Shown piece by piece: positions 31,292 to 35,466 of a stretch of 35,466 bases of DNA. The notes under the pieces were generated by a model. The model did no database searches. It worked only from the letters and a program-made list of their open reading frames with translations, and had not been told where the DNA came from. Position 1 is the stretch's first letter, and each line of letters starts with the position of its first letter. Both the position numbers and the translations under genes were made by a program. The DNA comes from a virus (Duplodnaviria; Caudoviricetes): the IMG/VR virus record IMGVR_UViG_3300033407_000913, positions 1 through 35,466 of that record; one strand, 5' to 3'.

Positions 31292-31507
31292 TGCATGACT
31301 CCTTCGGTTAATGAATCGGTTCCACGTCTCGAACTCTTCCAACGATTGCAAAATCGACGACACTTCGTCCACGCTTCGCAGCACATACCTCGCGCCGCAC
31401 GTCGGACACCCCGGCGCGCCGATCAATAGAGTATTGCAGGCGCAATGGAAGGCCTCTGTGCCCCCCATTGCGTACAAGCGCGGCGATGCGGACGTGGCGT
31501 TCAACAC
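31142..31507 (-). CDS. Zn-ribbon-like protein with basic C-terminal part
   Basis: CAC...CPTC motif; contains an in-frame internal start at 31291. Confidence 0.5.
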   Translation of the reverse strand: MLNATSASPRLYAMGGTEAFHCACNTLLIGAPGCPTCGARYVLRSVDEVSSILQSLEEFETWNRFINRRSHAMYGNEANRETQSAALKKAYLPVLPPKNGKKKSTDKAAKKSVMKPAKSKR

Positions 31508-31516
31508 CGCCGCTTT

Positions 31517-31610
31517 GTGCCTCCGGGAAGAGTGAAGTCAGAAGTGAGAAGACCAAGGGGCCGTTTCTCTCTTCTCATTTCTCAATTCAATCTTCCCACT
31601 TCGGTCTTCC
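31517..31610. repeat. Dispersed element, copy 4
   Basis: GAAGAGTGAAGTCAGAAGTGAGAAGACC...CCGTTTCTCTCTTCTCATTTCTCAATTCAATCTTCCCACTTCGGTCTTC. Confidence 0.95.
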
Positions 31611-31613
31611 CCG

Positions 31614-32468
31614 TCAGTGGCCCGCGCCCCAGGCATGTCGCCGGAACCAGGCCGAGGCGAACAGCTTGCCGGCCGTGTACGCGGCGGGGAGGACAAACCC
31701 GATGGCAAATCCGCTGCACGCTTCTTTCCAATCCACCCACAACGTCTCGCGCACCACGGGGAGTGCCGAGGTATCGAACACCAGGCTGCGAAACGGCTGC
31801 GTCGATCGATGGGCGATCACGCAGTTGCGCACGGTGTACAAATTCACCTGCACGTCGCCGGGCAGGGTATCGGGGTAGATGGTCACGTCGTCGATGGCGC
31901 CGGAAACGCTCGCGCTGGGCAGGAAGGTGAAATCTACGTCGTCACTGATGATCTGCTCGGCGAATACTCCGTTCGTGCTCCGCGCCGCGCCGGCCGTCGT
32001 ACCCAGACGCAGCGTAAACGATCCTCCGCCGGCGACGTCCGAAACTCGAAAACTCGTGTTATACGTCTGGGGAGCAATCAACACGCCGTTCTGACCGGCG
32101 ACGCCGATCGACGCGCTTGGTTTGCGGCGCAGCTTGTGATTTACCCAATCGATCGACCAGCCGGTTTCCGTAAAGAGCCAGGGTGAAGCGGGTAACGCTT
32201 CCTGGGCGGCAATGTTCGGACCGCCGGGGGCCGCAGGCGTCGCCAGCACGTTGCGTTCGATGGTCCCGTCGTCTGCGGCGTTGGTGTCCAGCAGCAGGAA
32301 CAACTCGCAGCCGATATGGGCCAGCCGGTTGTTGTAGGTTCCCAGGCGGTTTTTCAGGATGGGAATCAGGTCCAGGGGGAGAGGACAAAATTGTTCCGTA
32401 TCGCTGACCACCAGGCGGTCGAGGCACCGAATCCAACCCCCGTCGAGCGCAACCGGCGACTCCATCAT
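31614..32468 (-). CDS. Hypothetical virion protein with central CBM/jelly-roll-like segment
   Basis: GWSI...YNTSFRVSDV..GSFTLRLG...NGVFAEQI...GAIDDVTI resembles galactose-binding-like modules; start overlaps the TerL stop. Confidence 0.65.
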   Translation of the reverse strand: MMESPVALDGGWIRCLDRLVVSDTEQFCPLPLDLIPILKNRLGTYNNRLAHIGCELFLLLDTNAADDGTIERNVLATPAAPGGPNIAAQEALPASPWLFTETGWSIDWVNHKLRRKPSASIGVAGQNGVLIAPQTYNTSFRVSDVAGGGSFTLRLGTTAGAARSTNGVFAEQIISDDVDFTFLPSASVSGAIDDVTIYPDTLPGDVQVNLYTVRNCVIAHRSTQPFRSLVFDTSALPVVRETLWVDWKEACSGFAIGFVLPAAYTAGKLFASAWFRRHAWGAGH

Positions 32469-34195
32469 CGTGCGTCCTTTCGTCGCCGCGCCGCGATGAG
32501 CCGGCGGGCGTAGTCGGCCAACGTGCGATCTTCCAGGCCCGTGGTCACCGAGCCCCCGCCTCCGCGAGCCGCCCCCGCGAGCCGTTCGCGGGTTACGGGA
32601 ATGATTTTGTCGATGTTCCGCGACCCTTCGATCAGGGCTGACACCTGGCGGATGCCCTCCAGTGTCTCGATCAGCGGTTTATCGGTCAAGTCTTTCCCCT
32701 CCTGTTTGCGACGAATCACCTTGTGCCCGCGACAGGGGATGTCGTTCACGTTGTAGGTGGCGATCGCTTTCGCCCAGGATCGGTCGGCCACGGTACCCGC
32801 GTATTCCTCCCCCTCGTCCGCGCGCCACCAGACGGTGCGAACCTCGGGCGGCGCCGGCTCCCAACCGCTGAGGCGATGAATCTCCGCGATCTCGTTCATA
32901 ATGTTCCAGCCCTTCTCCACGGAGTGCAGTTGGTAAAACTCGCGATAGACCCAGACCAGGCCGGTCAGGTTGAACGTGGTCACCGCGTAGCGAATCGCAT
33001 CACACGTGTGGTCGTCCTTCTTCAGCGGGCGGTCCGGTCGGTCCTCGTCCCAGCGATAGGCGAAGAATTCGCGGATCGTGTTCGGACACGCCTTGCTCAC
33101 CAGCAGGCCCGAAGGTCCCGGGACGTGCACCAGCCAGAGCACCACGAAGGGCGAATCGCTACTTCCCCAATCGATCGCCCGGTAACGCTCCGCGTTGCGC
33201 GGCAGGCGTGCGATGTCGCCCACGTGGGGATGGGAACGGAACAACGGGTAGACCCGACCGCTCGCGTGTTCCCACGCCTCCTGGGGCGTCTCCGGGTGCT
33301 CCTGCTTCATACGCACTGTGGAGATGGCGCCCAATTTGCGGGCCTCGGCCGCGTACCAATCGCGGTCCCGCCCGGGTCGCGCGCTCCAGTGTAAAAAGAT
33401 GGGCTTGAAGCCGTTGGGACCGCGTCCGTCGGCGCGGACGGCTTCCCCGTCGTCTCCGAATGCGCCCTTCCAGCACTCCCAGAAATAACCCTGAGGACCG
33501 GCGCTCGAGCTGAGGGCGACGATCTGCCCTCCCGCGGACTCCACGGCCGGCTGAATGGCCGTCATCGTGTCCGCGAGGTCTGGAATCCGGCTGGCCTCGT
33601 CGAGGATGGCCAGATCGATCGTCATGGACCGACCCGCCTTCTGCCCGCCCACGATCGCACGCACCAGAATCTGATTGCCCCCCGCTCGAAACTCCAGGCT
33701 CTTCTTGTTGCGCGTGGTCAGTTCCTTCTGCAACCACGGAGGAAGGCGGTCGTACATGGAGAGCACGCGGTGTATGAAATCTTCCGCGTACTCGCGCTGC
33801 TGGTTGATGATGATGATTGTCAGTTGCTTGCGGTAGACGATCAGCCAGAGCACATACGCGACGTGCAGCCAGGTGAGCCCCAGCTGCCGACCCTTGAGCA
33901 AAGCCAGCCAGACCCCGGCGACCAGGTCGCCGGTGACCGAGCATTGTCCGGGCCACAGGCGCATCGGGATATCGGAACGAGTCTCGCGGTCGTAGATCAC
34001 CCCGAACTGTTCGCAGAACAGCTCAAACCCGGCGGCCCCGTGTTTGGGGTGGCAGCCCCAGTATTGTTCGGCTTGCGCGTCGTCGAGAAGTCGGGCGTGG
34101 GCCGTCTCGACCCTCCCCAACAACACTTCCCCAGCGGCTTTCAGGCCGGCGGTCAGCGGATTATGAACCAGCGTTTTGTTCCACGGGAAGGGCAC
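32465..34195 (-). CDS. terL: Terminase large subunit
   Basis: Walker A LKGRQLGLTW, Walker B AILDEAS, coupling motif SSS; nuclease motifs AIDWG, TVADRS and KDDHTCDAIRY. Confidence 0.93.
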   Translation of the reverse strand: MPFPWNKTLVHNPLTAGLKAAGEVLLGRVETAHARLLDDAQAEQYWGCHPKHGAAGFELFCEQFGVIYDRETRSDIPMRLWPGQCSVTGDLVAGVWLALLKGRQLGLTWLHVAYVLWLIVYRKQLTIIIINQQREYAEDFIHRVLSMYDRLPPWLQKELTTRNKKSLEFRAGGNQILVRAIVGGQKAGRSMTIDLAILDEASRIPDLADTMTAIQPAVESAGGQIVALSSSAGPQGYFWECWKGAFGDDGEAVRADGRGPNGFKPIFLHWSARPGRDRDWYAAEARKLGAISTVRMKQEHPETPQEAWEHASGRVYPLFRSHPHVGDIARLPRNAERYRAIDWGSSDSPFVVLWLVHVPGPSGLLVSKACPNTIREFFAYRWDEDRPDRPLKKDDHTCDAIRYAVTTFNLTGLVWVYREFYQLHSVEKGWNIMNEIAEIHRLSGWEPAPPEVRTVWWRADEGEEYAGTVADRSWAKAIATYNVNDIPCRGHKVIRRKQEGKDLTDKPLIETLEGIRQVSALIEGSRNIDKIIPVTRERLAGAARGGGGSVTTGLEDRTLADYARRLIAARRRKDAR

Positions 34196-34272
34196 AGGTC
34201 TAGGTCGCTAGAGCGGGTCGCGGTTGCACTTGAACCTCCATGCGGCGCCTCCACTGGCGCCAGGTGGTTCGG

Positions 34273-34542
34273 TTAATTGCTGTCGGTCAAGCCGTTCAGC
34301 CCCTCCATGACCTGCTCCGGCGTCACTGTGACGTGCACCTTCTTTTTCCCCGTTGCGCTGATGCACGGGATGCAAAGCGGCTTAACCCCCCTCTCGATCT
34401 GCGCGCGCGAAACGCCCTCAGCCACCCAGACCCAAACGCCGCACGACGCACACCGCTCCTTTCTCGAAGGCAACCAGGGCCGCGAACGATCCGAAACCGG
34501 CACGCACAGTAGAAACTGAATTTCCGTTTGGTTTTTCATCAC
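34273..34542 (-). CDS. Small Zn-finger protein
   Basis: CASC...CIPC motif. Confidence 0.75.
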   Translation of the reverse strand: MMKNQTEIQFLLCVPVSDRSRPWLPSRKERCASCGVWVWVAEGVSRAQIERGVKPLCIPCISATGKKKVHVTVTPEQVMEGLNGLTDSN

Positions 34543-34601
34543 CCAACCCTGTCCGCGTCATGCCCCGCGGCGCATTCTCGCGTTGCAAGATATTCCACTT
34601 C

Positions 34602-35081
34602 TTATTCTTGCTCCTCCGGCATCGTGTCGATCGTCCGCCCGGTGCGTTGCTCGCGCTTCAACTCCTGGCGAAGCTCAAGGAGTTTGTTGACCCCCTCGAC
34701 CTGCATGGCGGCGGCGCCGAGGCTCGACTCCGCGACGTAGCGGCGCACCCGCGTCTCCTCACTCGCCTGCACCGCGCGCATGGTCCTGGCCAGCATCGCC
34801 CCCGTCTTGGCCGCGTTCCCTTCTTTGTGTAGCGCGGCGAGCACTTCGGCGCCGACCCTGTCGAGCAGGGCCACCGTCTGCGGGTAAATCGGGGTGTGTG
34901 CCGCGTCGCCCAGCTTGCGACTCTCCTGCACGACCGCGGCGTAGAGTTTGCCGAGATTGACCCCGGGCATGGCGATCAATTCGCGGAGCTCCGCCTTTCG
35001 TTTGCGGGCCGACTGCGTCGGACGCCGCCCGCGGCCGCCCACCGACCCCTTGCGTTTCCTTTTTTTAACGCCCTTCTCCAC
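34602..35081 (-). CDS. Hypothetical protein, candidate terminase small subunit
   Basis: Basic N-terminus (GGRGRRPT), helical body; two genes upstream of terL. TerS call is positional only. Confidence 0.45.
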   Translation of the reverse strand: MEKGVKKRKRKGSVGGRGRRPTQSARKRKAELRELIAMPGVNLGKLYAAVVQESRKLGDAAHTPIYPQTVALLDRVGAEVLAALHKEGNAAKTGAMLARTMRAVQASEETRVRRYVAESSLGAAAMQVEGVNKLLELRQELKREQRTGRTIDTMPEEQE

Positions 35082-35465
35082 CTAACCCTCGTGCGCGCCT
35101 TGTGGCTGGTCGCAAGCGGCGTAACCCTCCGAAGGCTTGGGCGGCTTTGCCCATTCTTCGAGCAGGTCCTCGCGGACGAATTGCAACGCGAGGCCGTTTT
35201 GCTGCACCGCGGCCATCACGACTTCGGGCGTCTGCTCGCGGACGAATCGCAACGCGAGGCCGTCATTCTGCACCGCGGCCATCACGACTTCGGGCGTCTG
35301 TTCCAGGACGTATTGCAACGCGTAGCCGTCATTCTGCACCGCGGCCAGCACCACCTCGGGCGTCTGTTCCAGGACGTATTGCAACGCGAGGCCGTTTTTC
35401 TCCACCGCGGCCAGCACGACTTCGGGCGTCTGCTCGCGGACGAATCGCAACATGTAGCCGTCTCG
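35082..35465 (-). CDS. DUF4116-like 22-aa repeat protein (5' truncated)
   Basis: Tandem ALQYVLEQTPEVVLAAVQNDGY-type units with 66-bp period; frame open to the window edge. Confidence 0.85.
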   Translation of the reverse strand, partial: RDGYMLRFVREQTPEVVLAAVEKNGLALQYVLEQTPEVVLAAVQNDGYALQYVLEQTPEVVMAAVQNDGLALRFVREQTPEVVMAAVQQNGLALQFVREDLLEEWAKPPKPSEGYAACDQPQGAHEG

Positions 35466-35466
35466 C

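Larger units (their letters stand above)
1..35466 (-). mobile_element. Phage/prophage packaging and virion structural module (podovirus-like)
   Basis: Contiguous minus-strand genes in the order TerL-portal-scaffold-MCP-adaptor-nozzle-ejection proteins-giant DarB-like protein, with frequent stop/start overlaps. No tape measure or sheath gene recognised. No integrase or att site visible. Confidence 0.95.

Noticed and set aside
1-35466. tRNA/rRNA genes, integrase, endolysin, tape measure protein
   Set aside because: None recognisable by eye; a tRNAscan/HMM search would be needed to exclude them formally.

Overview
The window is a GC-rich, all-minus-strand virion morphogenesis region of a podovirus-like (P22/SU10-type layout) phage or prophage. 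In transcription order (right to left) it encodes a DUF4116-like repeat protein, a possible TerS, TerL, portal, scaffold, major capsid protein, accessory virion proteins, head-tail adaptor, nozzle, three probable ejection proteins and a 3689-aa DarB-like polyvalent protein (N6-adenine MTase + SF2/SNF2 helicase). These are followed by small regulatory/membrane genes, a RebB-like gene and a block of tail/receptor-binding-like genes. Features not explained by the standard layout: (i) two apparently real small genes, with RBSs and one with a promoter, nested out of frame inside the giant gene; (ii) an oriC-like locus (DnaA boxes, CACAGGCC plus trinucleotide trios, 12-bp repeats) among structural genes; (iii) a TerL nuclease domain with apparently permuted segment order; (iv) a small basic protein starting with a copy of the capsid N-terminal arm; (v) a ~90-bp structured element in four dispersed copies. 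All family calls come from motif recognition and gene order, not database searches. The host is unknown.
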